Positions 42,742 to 57,254 of a stretch of DNA of 64,000 nucleotides are shown here, in pieces. This DNA comes from the human T2T-CHM13v2.0 reference genome, Homo sapiens. A program made the translations under genes and the position numbers. A model generated the notes under the pieces. It searched no databases, was not told the origin of the DNA, and saw nothing but the letters and a program-made list of their open reading frames with translations. The DNA lies in NCBI RefSeq assembly GCF_009914755.1, contig NC_060927.1; one strand, 5' to 3'. The number at the start of each line of letters is the position of its first letter. Position 1 is the first letter of the stretch.

Positions 42742-44156
42742 AAAATAAGGTGAAGTCACATAGAACTTAAAAAAGAAGTAGAATTTTAGTTTAATGCCTA
42801 AAAGTATAATTAAATCTAATTAACAATGGCCTTGGTACAATATCAGTCTGTTACTTTCTTTTTCAAGTTCAAGGCTAAAGAACAGTACAAACCAAAAACA
42901 GTGTGGTCTTGTTCCTCTTATAACTGTTTTCTTTTTTGACTCCTTTTCTCTACTTATTTCATTGTCCTTTTTCTTACCTACCTTCAACATTCAAGTTCAG
43001 AGAATTATGCAGCTTATTAAAAAAAGCTTCCCTCAGAATTTACTGATAATGCAAAAAAAACTATTAAAATAAAAGAGTATCCTAATATCTTTTAACCTTG
43101 AGATAGCCTTAAGCATTTCACTCATTAATATGCCAGTATTCAAGCATTTTGTAATATCAGCTGCTCTGTAATTAGCTATTTTGAATAGTTTGCAAATTTT
43201 TCTCCCTCTGATATCTCATGGATATTTTTAAAACATTATTGCTTCAAAAAAAATCTTTGGGAGACGATTGTATTTTGTTCTCCTTAGTTTCTTTTTTTAA
43301 CTTTCCTTTCTCTCAATAATAAAGGAGGAAAGTCAAAAAAATAAAAGATGAAGTTACAACACAGTAAATCTAGCAGTTTATGTTTCTACGCTTAGCTCTT
43401 GTTAAACATCAGGTTCAGAAACCAACTCCATCAAAGTGGCTTTGTGTGTTTTATTTCTTCTCCCAAGTCTTCAAGTAGGAAAGATTCAATTAATCGTAAC
43501 CAGAATTTCTTCTGAAGAAAAACCTTTCCTAATCTCACCAATAGTAAGAAGCCATGTCTAGGGTAAACAAATTCTCCTTGAAGTTGATTGGAAATCTTTC
43601 TTTGATGATTTCTTCCATTACTGAAGTCCACAAGGGAAATAGACTATCTCATGAATTCATATACAATTTTATCTTGAAGATTTTCTTGTGACCTTGTGTG
43701 CTAGGTTTTAGGCGTAACGTGAAAGTGTTTTTTTTTTTTTTTTTTTTTTCAATGAAAAAGACAGTGGACTGGAACTTTTAGTAGTTTTTGAGCAGACTAT
43801 ACTCATAATGCAACTCATCACAGCATGGTGAGTACAGATAGAATAGCATAGTGGGGGTGGCTTTTAAACACGCTGGGCATCAAAATGAATTATGAACATT
43901 TCATAAAGTATATCGTTGCCCTCGTCTTGTTTCAAGACATTGTGGTTCTCTATTTCCAGGTTGTGCCTAAGTAGGCATATTTTTCAAAGTTTCACGTATA
44001 TATCAAATGACAAAGGATAAATTTGCATATCATGGGCATTAACTTTAAAGACTAGGAAGTTAAGAAAGAACCCACAATTGTGTCCTATTACATTATCTAG
44101 CTGTGTACAGGGGAGCAAAATAACTCATGCCTTTAGCATTTGGTCACTTATATTTA

Positions 44157-44520
<364 letters not shown>

Positions 44521-45789
44521 TCATGAGTCTGGCATAAAGAAAGTGCTTAGTAAATATTCACTTATATTTGTACTGTTGGTTTCATTGTGGTTGCTGTTGG
44601 AGCTATTAACAAAGCAGACGATCATAAATACTATTCCAGATACATGCACACACACACAGTATTGTAAAACTCAAAGAAATAAAATAAATCAGTATGAAAA
44701 CATTGAAGAAATCTTCAGAGAAGAAGAGAGATTTAATTTGGAACATGAGGGTGCATTAGGAGTTGAACAGATAGAAAAATGATACTTTGAAGACAAAGTA
44801 TAGATGGTCATCCTGAGTGCCATGTTCATAAATATAGCCCTGATGGAAGATGCCACTTAAAAAAGGTGAAATGAAATGTATGTTTTGGAATTCTTTAGTC
44901 TTATGACAAAGAGGAGGATGATTAAAGAGAAAAAGAGAGTGTGAATAGGCAGGAGAAAGAGAGAGAGAATGAGAAGTCTAGAGAGAGCTATTTTATTAGG
45001 TACATAATATACTATGTAGCATACTTTTATAGCAGAAAATGCAGCTTATATGAAAAATAAGCTATTCCCTTCTCCGAAAAAGTAAAAATTTGTGAGTTTA
45101 GTTTCCATTTATTCTTTCCTAGACATTGCCCCTACTGTGATCTGTTTTTTAAATATAGCTCCTTGCCTTAGATGTATTAATCAAATTTATTATCAATTTT
45201 TAAAGTAGTACTAGTTTTATATTTCTAAATAAAAATAAATATGTTAAAATTGTTCCATATATATGAGACAAATATATACAAAAATATTTTGATAAAATAT
45301 ATTAATTGTTCCACTGCTTAATGATAAATACTATTAACATTGTGGTATATAGCTCTATTCAGATATAATTCTTTTCTGTTCTCTATCCCTCAACTTGTAT
45401 CCTTTCCTCTATTTTGTAAACTGCTTTCTCTCTCCATGAATGTGTCATGGTACTTTCCATGCATATAATTAGAAATATATTATCATTTTTAAGGACCAGA
45501 TGATATTCTGTCACATGAACTCTTAATATATTTAAGCAGTCTGCTCATAATGAATATTTATATATTCAAATGTGTTTTATTTTTATGAACAATGTTGTGG
45601 CGGATACTCCTTACATTACTCATTTGACATCCCTTTGCTGACTTGATTTCACTATTGTTGATATATTTCCATTTCACTCTCGTGTTTATAATGATTGTTG
45701 TTCTATGCTCACCTAATTGCCAGTAATAGTAATAATGATCAGAAGAAAAAGAAAATATTAATATTATTAGTGGCAAATTTTATTATTTT

Positions 45790-46010
45790 CTGTGTATTAG
45801 CCACCATGCTGAGTATTTTTACACATTATGTAACTATCTTAAAAGTGATATAAGTTAGGTGGCATTATCAGCATTTTATAGGTAAGAAAACAGAGGTTTG
45901 GAAAGTCAAAATGGCTTGCTCCAAGTAATATATTTAGTAAGTGCAAAAGCCAATATTTAAACCCTGATTTCTGCAAATGCGACCACCATGGCCTTAATTA
46001 CTAGGCCATG
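45790..46010 (-). mobile_element. MIR fragment
   Basis: cattttataggtaagaaaacagaggtttgg...cttgctccaag. Confidence 0.7.
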
Positions 46011-46459
46011 TTATATGAGGGCAAAAAAAGCAGCTTATACTTGTGACCCCCGACATTCACCTCTTCCAAAATAGACCTCAACACCTTCACAGGGAGTTTG
46101 GAAGACCTGGTTGTGTGCTCCAGTGCCACTGCCAACGAGAGTTGAGAAGTGATGGGGTTTTTTTGGCTTTGGTTGTATTATTTATTATTTATTATTATGT
46201 CCAGAAGTTCTTGTGCTCCTATTGGCTGATTACAAACCTCAAAGAAGAGCTCAAGACAATCTATACCCAAGTCTAAATAACCATTTTGGCCAGGTTTTCT
46301 CAATTTTCAGATGGACCCCACTATGTAGCTCTATCTATATGGACCTATTAATTAGATTTATGAGGCCATTTTGCTGCCAACCAATGATGGTGAGCCTATT
46401 AGAAAGTAGTGATGTTCAATATTAGATGTTGTCTAGGCACCCTTCTCTTCCATTCTTGA

Positions 46460-46640
46460 AGTAGTTCTTAAGAAGTGGTACCCAGAGCATCACCATCACC
46501 TGAGATCCTGTAAGTGATGCAGATGCTTGGGCCTCCCATCCTGTGCACTAACTCAGAAACTCTGGGAAGGGGATCCAGCAGTCTGTTTCAACAAACTGTT
46601 GAGGAGATTCTGGTACAGGTCAACATGGGAGAACTAATAC
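46460..46640. mobile_element. MER5A-like DNA transposon
   Basis: aagtggtacccagagcatcaccatcacctgagatcctgtaagtgatgcaga...tcagaaactctggg...tgggagaacta. Confidence 0.75.
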
Positions 46641-47770
46641 CTGATGCTTTGCATAGCTAATTGGGAACTCTTGCCCTTCAAAGTCTCCAAATCATGCCCA
46701 GGTTTAAATATCTGTGGTTACATCCATATACTTTACCCAGAAATTGAGCAAATTTTGTTTGTAAGCTCATTTTATTCCTGCTTTCTCTAAGCCATCTTCA
46801 GGTGGAAATTATATGGCCTCCAGCTTAACTAAAATTGCATGTCAAGATCTACAATTTTCATACCAAAATGTCAGCTTCACCATGGGCATGTCTGGCTGCT
46901 TAGCATAGATATGTCTTCCGTCATCAGCAGACAAAGCCTACTCTCCCAGCACTCTACAGTGAGCTGACTGTCTAAACACTAGCTACTTAGCACCTGCTTC
47001 TTATGTCCATTGCCATTAAAGAGAAGCAGTGCAATGAACTAAGTAATCACCCATATTTCAAGTTGCGTGTATTTTTTCTTTTGGTTGTAACCCTGTATCA
47101 ACATAAATTAATAAAATTTGAGTGCTTAGCACATGGGCATAGTTCTTCTTTCTTCTCCCCTTAAGATGTTAAAATACAGACCTATACTTTAAAGTTATTT
47201 GTTCATACAGTGGATTAAAAAATGTTACAAATAAACATTTTATGTTTCCTGTACAAGAACTTGCAATAAATTCTGTTTAAAGTTTACTGCTGGGAATAAA
47301 AAATTTGTTTGTACTGATTACCCTGGCTTTAATCCTGATTGTTCATTAAAACGAATAAGGCCAGGGCATAATTATTTGTAAAAATAAATATCTCACCAGA
47401 TAATTCAACTGTGCTGGTTAACTGATTCCCTGTTTTTATCAGACAATAATGTCTGTCTGTCTGTCTATCTAATCTATCTATCTTGCATGATTTTGTGTTA
47501 TCATGTAGCTCTAAAACACATTTAATGTGTCATTGTCATAACCGTCTTTAGCTTGTCTTTCTGGTGTAATTATAGTCTCCCTTGTAATATATTACTTTTC
47601 CATTTTTATTTTTATCTTAATGATCCCAGTGTTAATTAGTCTTCTATTGTTAGTAATTTCAAAGTTCTCTTGGGGCTAGTACAATTACAAATAAGGTTTT
47701 ATTTTTGTCTATTAACTCCAAGTGTCTAAGACAATACGTTTCATATACATATGTCAAAGTTAATAATTGG

Positions 47771-47948
47771 AGTCTGGTGTGGTGGCATATGCCTGTAGTC
47801 TCAGCTGTTTGGGAGGCTGAGGCAGGAGGATCACTGGAGCCTAGGCAGAGGACTCCAGAGGTTGCAGTGAGCTCTTTGATCACTCCAGTGTGAATAGCCA
47901 CTACACTCCAGTCTGGGCAACATAGTGAGACCCCATCTCTTAAAAAAA
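47771..47948 (+). mobile_element. FAM (fossil Alu monomer, 7SL-derived)
   Basis: Single monomer retaining 7SL-type tgtgaatagccactacactccagtctgggcaacatagtgagaccccatctct; degenerate TSD aaagttaataattg / aaaattaacaattg. Confidence 0.85.
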
Positions 47949-48034
47949 TTAACAATTGATTTGATCTGAGTTTTCAGATCTTCATCAATTAAATACTTTT
48001 CTGAAATATGCCCATACTACTGCAGGAAGTGAGA

Positions 48035-48059
48035 ACACACACACACACACACACACACA
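48035..48059. repeat. (AC)12 microsatellite
   Basis: Pure AC run. Confidence 0.95.
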
Positions 48060-48263
48060 AAATCTTGTCCTTTTCTCTAGCTCGCAACAAGATGTGCCTT
48101 TGAAACAAAATAAAAAATGTCAAGAGACACAATATTCCCTATTGCTTCCCATTCCATGCTCAGATTTCTATAAGTAGCACATGTAACCTTATATTATCAT
48201 CGCTTGTTTGTCTCTCTCACCCTCCATAAGTTTAGCAAGGCTAGGATATATTTATTGTAGTTG

Positions 48264-48757
48264 TGATGTAGGACAGGTGAGCCCCAAAGTAGGGCTTAGC
48301 CTTTGAGGGTTCTTTGAGGCTTTGCCCAGGAAAGAATTCAAGGGCAAGTCAGTGGTAGAATAGAAGAAAACATCTTTATTGAAGCAACAGTGTTACAGGT
48401 CTGATGGCGTTGCAGCTCCGTGATTGCTCCTGCAGAGCAGGGCTACCCCATAGACAGAAAGTAGCAGCTCAGGGCAATTGCAGTCATATTTAAACCCACT
48501 TTTAATTACATGCAGATTAAGGAGCAGTTTATGCAGAAATTTCTAGGGAAGGATTAGTAATTTTGGGGTCATTGGGTCATTGACATGGAAAAGGGCAGTA
48601 ACTCCGAAGTGTTGTCATGGCAATGGTAAACTGACATGGCACACTGGTGGGTGTGTCTTATGGTAATCTTCTTCCTTCCCAGCCCTGTTTTAGCTAGTCT
48701 TCAATGTGGTTCGGTGTCCAAGCCCTACCTTCAGAGTGAGTCCCACCTCCTACCTCA
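48264..48757 (-). mobile_element. ERV1 (MER4-group-like) solo LTR
   Basis: TGA...TCA termini with inverted ends tgatgtagga / tcctacctca; perfect 4-bp TSD GTTG (48260-48263, 48758-48761); tttatt (AATAAA on - strand) near 48375; 494 bp. Confidence 0.85.
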
Positions 48758-49208
48758 GTTGTCTCGATGCCTAGTACTGTAGCTGGGAGTTGATGTCCAA
48801 GGATATCATTAAAAGCCAAATAATGTGATTTAAAAATTCCTTTCGGGAGCTCAAAAGAAAGGCAAACCTAGAAGGATTCGAGTTCCCTGGTGAGTTTAAT
48901 AGAGGAGGAATGATGTGGGGTGGGTATTGGCTATTATACTTAGCATTATACTTGGGCAGGAGGACAGAGAAGGGCTATGACGTGAGAAAGGGACCTGTCG
49001 GAAGTGAGGAATGAAGAGATGCTTTTATTTCAGAGAATCACTGGCAGCAAGAGGGAAGATCAGCATTATCAGCCTGCAGAAGAGCCAAAACTCCAGGCAG
49101 AGAACTTTATAGCTTATAAAATAGAAATTATAGACCCAAAGAACTTTATAGGTAGGTATGTTATATAATATAATCTGTAATTAAAACTTTAGTCTGACAA
49201 TAAGATTC

Positions 49209-49402
49209 TAGGTGTTGGCAAACTATAATCTGCATGGCATATCCAGCTCATATCTTGTTTTTCTATGGTGCTCCAGTGAAAATATTTTTAAAGCATTTTA
49301 AAGAAAGTAATTTGAAAAGTAAAGTAAAATACCCATCAGAGGCCTCAAAACCTAAAATATTTACTATCTAGAAATTTACAAAAAATGTTGCCTGATCCCT
49401 GC
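49209..49402. mobile_element. MER58-like (hAT-Charlie) element
   Basis: ggtgttggcaaactata...aaacctaaaatatttactatct...tttacaaaaaatgttgcctgatccctg. Confidence 0.75.
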
Positions 49403-49966
49403 AGGTGAAAGATGTAAGGAATAATGAGAAAAGATATTGGAATAAAGGATCTACTTGAGTGTATAAGGGTTGGGGAGACAGTGGTGACACATAGATCTCT
49501 CAGTTTCAACAGTGTAGCAGAGGAGTTTATTTCTCATTCCTGTACTATTCAAGGCATCTGTTTTCTATTGGTGGACAGCTTTCTCCCATGTGGCAATTTT
49601 GAGATTCAGCCTCCTTTCCTCCTGTGGCCCTGATATTCTGTAGTGACTCATGATCATTGCATCCAAGCAGTGAAGGGAGAGACAGAGTAAAAGACACACC
49701 TGCTTCTTAACACCTACGGTTTTAAAGAAATGCACAAATATTGTATTAAGTTTCTATTGTCAATAGCTGGATGGATGTGTGTGGACTCATCTAGGAACAA
49801 AGAGCCTAGGAGCTGTACTTTCTGAGTGAGTGGTCTCCGACCTGTTGCAGCCTTACTGTATGGCCACCAGCTCTACGCAAGCCATTGCTGCCAGAGTGAG
49901 AGGTAGTTGTGGCAATTAACTCAGCCGGGAGCTGATTGCTTCCCATAGCAGTGACAGGAGAAGCCA

Positions 49967-50105
49967 TATATTTATATATTGAGATACAAATGTATGTATA
50001 TATGTGGACATGTATGCATGTATCTCAATATATCCTGTATATGCATACATATATGCATATGTATATACACACATATACACATATATCACGCACACACACA
50101 CGCAC
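49967..50105. repeat. TA/CA-rich degenerate microsatellite
   Basis: Alternating purine-pyrimidine tract tatatgcatacatatatgcatatgtatatacacac. Confidence 0.85.
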
Positions 50106-50129
50106 GTGAGAAAGCAATAAATCAAGAGA

Positions 50130-50370
50130 ATTAGTGGACTGAGAACCTGGGTACAATTCCTGGGTCTCCTATCTTCCAGTTGTGGCACTGAACAAAGTAT
50201 TATCCTTTCCAATGAATGTGCTTTTATTTTTCTCATCTATCAAATGAAGACGATCTGGCTTTGGGTTTATAATGAAGATTAATGCTGTAAATATTTTAGG
50301 TCATTGCCTGGCATATAGCAAATGCTCAATAAAAACTGTCAACTACAGCTGCTGTTATCACTATTACTGT
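50130..50370 (+). mobile_element. MIR
   Basis: agaacctgggtacaattcctgg...ctcatctatcaaatg...tgcctggcatatagcaaatgctcaataaa. Confidence 0.75.
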
Positions 50371-52227
50371 TGTTATGCTCTTAAAATATTCTGAGAGATA
50401 TTTATGGGGCTTAGCAACAGCTGATTATAGATAGAAAGAAGAGAGACCCAAAGTAAGGTGACCTCAACCTTTTGTCTTACATGATGGGATAATAGACCCA
50501 GGGAAGATAGGAGGAGCTGGTTTGCAGGATAAATTTAAAATATGTACCTATAAGCAAGGAGAAACAGTAATAAAAATAATTCTTGACACCTATATTTTTT
50601 TCAGAGACTTGGCAATTTAATGGTAACAAATCATCTTGCAAACATAAAGCATCATAGAGATGTCACATTGCAACATGAGGAATAGTTATTCTTCCAGCCC
50701 TATATTAGAATGACTAAACGTTGCCTCTTTTGCTGAGACTATTGCATTATTTACACACACAGACCTACACACATATATATAAAAGCAATGTAGACACACA
50801 CACACAAACAGACCCACACAGAGAAGCATACATACATACATACATATTCCACACACAACTTTCATGATAAGCAAATTGTTCTTTTCTGCAAGGTAGTTGA
50901 ACAATTATAAAGTTCTCCTATCTGTGTTGATTCTGTCTTGTGTCCTAAGCCAGGAGCCATGGTGAAGGTGGTGATTATGCGCTAGTCAAGTAACACATCC
51001 ATTGACACTATCTGCAAATATCCTCTCTCTGTGCTTTCTTACTGGTCTTATTTAGTATGCGCAGTTTCAGAAGCATGGTGATCAGAGTAAGGCAGGCATT
51101 TGGCATTCATTTTATATTAGTAAGCCTAGTTATTCCTTAACCACCTTAAACTTATCTGTTAGTTATTCTCAGCGTACAGTGTTTCTTCTGGTAATGTGCC
51201 CAAACGGATGTTGTCTTAGTCAAAAATAAGACTCAGAAGCAGATTTCAAAACAGATGTGTGTTGGTTTTAGACTCATGGGCTTCCTGGGCCTATTTTTAA
51301 AGCTAAGGGAGATTCTAAAGTCCTCTGTTTGCCTGAATTTGGAGGCAAGATTAGACAAATCTTGATCTTTTCTTCTTTCTTTAGCTTTATTCTGTCAAGT
51401 TGTTCAACTCCTACTAACGAGGTGCTTTGCTTTTGCCAATTCTTTTGATTTCTGACTTGGAACAAGGTTCTAGGGGCCATCATTTTGCAAGCACATTACT
51501 GTTTTGGGACTGTCCTTCCTACAAGCAGTTTAATATATATATATTTTTTCTTAAAATCATGGTGTCCTTAAGCAGAGAGCACCCAGTGTGTTTGAAGCCT
51601 CAATTAACTCACACCATTGAGTTGAGTTGTTAGACAGGGAGAACAGCAGGTGCCCCTCTTGGCACTCTCTAGCCAGAGACAAGGCAGGCATCAGATAAAA
51701 GCTGTCCCAGGTATGAGAAATCCATTTTCCAGCATCTAAAACCATTTCCCACAGTACTACTAACCACCAACCCTTTGGCCTCCACCTTACATAAATATAT
51801 ATATATGATTCTTGGTTTATTTCTTCACCAAACATTTATTGACTACTTACTATATGCTAATTTTTCAATATAACAGGGGACAATAATATCAATATAAGCT
51901 TTTAAAAATTTTATTTAGATTGCCCATTGCTTTTGAGTCCACAGGATTCTATAATATTAGCCATGGCAATGAGAGGATAATCGAAATTGAAGATGTTAAT
52001 ATTCAAGCTGCAGTCAGTGCTTCCTCCATGAGTCTCTGCCTTTTACCTCATCCTTCACTCCTTTGTAATAACTGTGAATACGTCCTTCTCTTCTACTTCA
52101 TGTTGAAACCCATTATGCATCTTATTTAATTTTGTGACAATTCCTTTATACCGAGACAACCAAAACTCCCCTTTATATCCAATGGCTGCTCAATAACTAT
52201 TTGTTAATGAATTAAGACATCACCGTT

Positions 52228-52720
52228 AGTAGAAATCCCACCCCTGGGTGTTTATGCTAAACAAATGAAGGCTTATGTTAATACAAAATTCTATGCACAT
52301 ATTTATTGCAGTGTTTTTTATAATAGTAAAAACTGGAAATAACCCATGTTTTTCAATGGATAAATGAACAAACAAACTTGGAATACTGCTGGCAATAAAC
52401 AGGAACACAATATTGGTAAAAGCTACAACTTGGATAAATCACAAATGCGTTATGCTAAATGAAACAAGCCAGTCTCAAAAGGTTACATACTAGATGAATC
52501 CATTTCTATGACATTCTTGAAACGACAAGGCATGATGGAAAATAGATCAGATGTGGCCAGAAGTTACTGATCAAGGGTAAAGTGGACTTTAATGGACAAG
52601 GGAGTTTTTCTGGATGAGGAGTTGTGCTGATTGTGGTAGTGATTCTACAAATCTTTATGTGTGCTAAAATTCATACAACTATACATGCACAAATAAACGT
52701 TACTATATATTTAAAAATAA
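52228..52720 (+). mobile_element. L1MC/MD-like 3' end
   Basis: aatcccacccctgggtgtttat...aaaactggaaataaccc...atgctaaatgaaacaagccagtctcaaaaggttacatac. Confidence 0.85.
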
Positions 52721-52796
52721 ATTTTATAAAACCTATCTCTGGTGAACTCCTATACCCCTATTAATATTTCTTACCAGGTACATCCGAATTTTACAT

Positions 52797-53131
52797 CAGT
52801 ATTCTTAAACTTTACTGATCACCAGATATACCCAGGCCTCTTGTGAACAGTACAGATTCTCAGAACTCTCTACTGAGAATGTTCATTTCATAGACTGGCT
52901 GAAGTTTAAGAATGTAAATTGTAATGCGAGCTAAGGCTGGATGATGTGGGGGATAGAGAAAGTTTGAGAAACTGCTCTGGGTCCGTGGTTTCAGACTTCA
53001 GTGTGAGCCAGAATCAGTTGAGAAGACCTGGTAAGGCTTGGGATGGGATCCAGAAATTGGCATTATTACCAAGGACCCGAAGAACATCTAATTTAGGTGG
53101 TACAAGGAATAGATTTTGAGAAATGCCACTC
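52797..53131. mobile_element. Two adjacent MER5-like elements
   Basis: cagtattcttaaacttt...aagtttgagaaactgct, then ccgtggtttcagacttcagtgtgagccagaatca...ttttgagaaatgccact. Confidence 0.6.
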
Positions 53132-55469
53132 TGGCTCATCAAATAAAGAGCAGAGTCAGTTTGTTCTTTGTGTCCACCCAGTAATTCTGCATGTCCTGGA
53201 TTGGCCTCCTCTCCAATTCTCCAAGATATGTATTTTATCCCTGAACCAACTTCCTCAAATTTTCTACTGCACTCCCCCAGAAGTTGGTTGACCTCGACTC
53301 TGTCACTTAGGAAAATGCATTTTTAGATGTTCTTTCCTTCAACTTGCTGTTCTTATACTTTAAAAAATATGGCATTGCCTTGAGTTTTGTTCTTTTCTTC
53401 CAGCTTCTGAGGAAGAAGTTGTGCCTAAGTGGCCGTTGACGCTCTTCTCTCTCCTTCCTTCAGTTCCGATTTGTCCCTCTATCTTGGCTCCTTCCAAGCA
53501 GCCTGTAATGTGTTCAAGCTACCTCCATCTTATGCTATCAACTCTCCTTTAACTTAGAATATTCTTTTATTTCTCACCTTTTCTGCTTTTCTTCACAGCC
53601 AGATTCCTCAAGCAGGTAATCTTTGATGACATTTTGTACTGAGTGCCTATTTTTCACTTTTCAATCCAATGTAATGAGGCCTGTGCCTCTAACCCTGCAA
53701 TGAGATGTCACTGGTGAATCCTGCCAATAACCTCTTGGGTACTAATCCCCTGGATCTATCCGAATTTTCTGATCATTTCTTCTAAACTTCCATTTCCAAC
53801 CTTACATTCCTCCCCTTCAATGCCTGCATTCTCCACGGGTTTATCTTTGGCCTTCATTTCTTTTTACTTTTTTTGTTCGTTTGTTTTGGTGGGGTAATCT
53901 CTTTCATGTCCATGACTTGAACTACTACCTTTAGACTCATAATTCCTATACCAGTACCTCTGGTTAGGGTCATAGGCCTCAAATAAGATCATAGATGCTC
54001 AGTAGATGTTTCTTTAAGGGATAAATGGGTTGGTGCACGGATAGGTAGATAGCTGAATGAATGAGTGGCAGTGAACTAGAAAAACACCACAGCAAAAGGA
54101 AATAGATTGTTGATCTCTGATTGTGTGGATTAATTTATAGGTAGAGACATCCATATAGTTGCTTATTGGATTTCATTAATTTTTTCACCTTCTACCAAGC
54201 ACTTAGGAGTAATCAGAATACTCAGTTGTGTTTAGCTTAGAAATTCCAGGATGCAACATAAAACCTTGTTGGCCATTAGACCTCTGTGGGAGGCCTAAGA
54301 ATTTCATGGACCTCTCACTCCCTCTGTTTCTTGTGAGAATCTGATTTCCATTGTGCAAGTTCAAAACAATAAAGCTCAGAATTAATGGGATAATAAATAG
54401 TAATCATTAATGCATGAACATCACATCCTTTAAAACATCTATGATGTCTAAGATGTTTCATGATATACTCATTCATGGTCATTTCTGTATTTCTCTTTCC
54501 TCTCTCTCTCTCTCTCCCCCTCCCTTTTTCTGTCTTTCACTCACATACACATAGGACAGATATTAGGGTGATTTATTAAGTTAAAAACAGTATTTTCAGA
54601 AGGACTTTAAAATATAAGCTCAAGCTACAACATATAGAAATTTTTTTCACACAAATAAACAACCAGAGAACAGACTGACAACTGGAAGAAACCTTGTAGC
54701 ACCAGACGTCAGTGAGATGACATCCATTAGTGTGGATACCACCTCCAGACCTAGAGCTGACAACAGATATCTTGATTACTTCAAGATTAAAAATTATAAT
54801 CCACTGGCTCTAAAAGTACTGACTACAGTGCCTAATACATAATACACAATAAATTTCAGTTCTTTTCTCATTACTTTTCAAAGAGACATGCTCTCTTTAC
54901 ACATCCTCTAGTAAGCCAAATATTTTATCTCCATTAATTAGAAAAAAAATATTGTATAAAATGCATTTTCTCTGATGTAAATCACCTTTCCTCCTCCAGT
55001 TTGTGGTTTCCGGTTTACTCACATAAACACTCACCAAACTTTCCCAGAGATCTGTACACAGAGTCAATCCTTTCTTTTGCTGATCCAAGACAAGGTCTCT
55101 ATTATCTCCAAGTCCCTAATTTCTCCTCATTGAAATAGAGATCTGTGGCATGATCTCATGGGAATGTTGTGATAGCCAAATGAGGTGAAGCATACAGTGT
55201 GTTAACACAGTGTTTGACATACAGGGGTCATTACTAAAACATTAAATGATACTATGATTGTTGTTGTTATTGTTTCAAATATCCTATTCCTCCTACAGTT
55301 TAAGTCCTCGGAGTTTTGGAATATTTTAAATCCTTGTCTCCCCCTTATTAGTCATGTCTCAGATCTAATGTTAATAATTAGAGAGGCCTTTCTCACGGTC
55401 TCATCTAAAGTGGACCCTTCACGCCTTCCTCTCACAGCAACCAGCATAACGTGGGAAGTAAGAAGCAGA

Positions 55470-55670
55470 GACAGTGCAGTTAGGATGCCTTAAGGCAATC
55501 CTGGCTCTACCTGCTTTCAGCCAAGTTACTTAACCTCTTGATGACTCAATGTCTTAATCTATTAAACAGAGGTAATGTTAGTACCTGTCTTACAGCGTTG
55601 TTGTAAGGGTAAAATGAGTTAATATGGGTAAAATACTTAGCAGAGTTTCTGGCACAAAATATATAGTAAG
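55470..55670 (+). mobile_element. MIR
   Basis: caagttacttaacctcttg...gtacctgtcttacagcgttgttgtaagggtaaaatgagttaata. Confidence 0.8.
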
Positions 55671-56733
55671 CATTTGTTCTTTTCTTGATTACAGTCACAG
55701 CACTTACTGCTTTACGAAATTGTCTTGCTCAGGGATTCTATGATAGTCTATCTTACCTCAACAGACTAATGGAAGAGGACCTGAGGGAAGAGGGAAGGAT
55801 TCATCCTTCTTGGTTCCTTATTCGCTGCTATATCCCAGAGGCCAGAACAAGGCTTGATGTTTATTAAGTTATTGTTAAATAAGTGCCTGATGTATGCAAT
55901 CAGTCATCCGGTCCCTAATACCTGGCCTAGTACATTATGCATAATAGGTTACCAAAATATACATGATGATGATAAAACCCCAATATTGTTCATGCTATTT
56001 TTAAACAAAAGTCTTGCAGGCATTGCATAGTGAGAAAATTGAGCACTTATAATTGCTCTCTGAATTGTGTAAATTTCTTGAGAAGGATTCTGACTTCCCT
56101 CCATGCTTCAGTAAGCCAGCAAGACTGCCTCTGTCTCACTTGATTTAGTTTGGTGGCTTCTTGTGGATGGGAGCCATGAAAACAAATTGCAATAGAACCC
56201 CTTATCAGGCACCCCAATTCAAAGAAAGGTTGACACAGATTTATTTCAGAAAAGGGAAAGGAAAAGAAATGAATGATTTTCTTAACTTCAGAATCTGGAC
56301 TGAATTTTTCTTGTCATTCAACTCTACTCTTCATGCAAGTTCTAAAGTAAGAGAAATTTGGGATTTTGGACTATATGTAGTTGGTATGCTGGGAGCCATG
56401 GAATTAAATTGGCTTCAAAAGTGTTTTATTTTAGTGATTTCTCCAGTATAATCTTTAAAGCAGGAGTCTGTAGAACTTTTGAGATTGAAAATGAATAAAT
56501 AATGGGAGGAAAAGAAAAGATATAGAATGTATAGCAGAGAATATTAAAGAGATAGACTTTGGGGAGGCTGTGAATCCGGTAGTCCATTTTAGAAGTCCAT
56601 ACTGAGATACAAAGGTTTAAAAAATATAAGAACTAAATACATAATAATTAATATTTGCTAAAGGCAGTTACCTACAGTGGCTTCCCATTTTAACCTTGGG
56701 AAAAATAAAATGTATAAACTTTCTAAGGTCTGT

Positions 56734-57254
56734 TGTGTTAGTCAGGGTTCTCCAGAGAACAGAACCGATAGGATGTGTGGATATAAAGATAAATATACAG
56801 GTATACTTGTATATCTATGACTATCTCTTATCTAGCTAGTTAGTTAACTATCTACCTACCTATGTACCTACCTAATTACCCACCTACAGAGAAAAAGATA
56901 TTTATTTTAATGAATTGGCTCATGCACTGTGGAGACTAACAAGTTCAAACCTGCTGAGTGGGTCAGCCAATTATAGATCCAGGAAAAGGCTATGTTGCAG
57001 TTCAAATCTGGAAGGCTGTCTTCTAGCCGAATTCCCTTTTGCTCCAGAGAAGAGTTTTTTGTGCTATTCAGGTCTTTAACTGATTAGGTAAGCCACACCC
57101 ACATTGTGGAGGACAATTTGCTCTACTCAAAGTCCACCCATTTAAATGTTAATCTCATCTAAAGGCACCCTCATAAAAACATCTAGAGTAATATTTGGCC
57201 ACTCATCTGGACACCATGGCTCAGCCAACTTGACACATACAGTGAACTATGCCA
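56734..57254 (-). mobile_element. MLT2B-like ERVL solo LTR
   Basis: tgtgttagtcagggttctccagagaacagaaccgatagga...gaattggctcatg...ttaaatgttaatctcatc...cagccaacttgacacata. Confidence 0.9.

Noticed and set aside
43728-43749. Isolated poly(T) runs here and at about 13970-13991 as tails of further retrocopies
   Set aside because: No matching target-site duplication found by eye; the 13.97-kb run lies within an old LTR.
56168-56411. tgggagccatg...aaattg repeated 222 bp apart as an ancient tandem duplication
   Set aside because: Similarity does not extend convincingly beyond about 22 bp.
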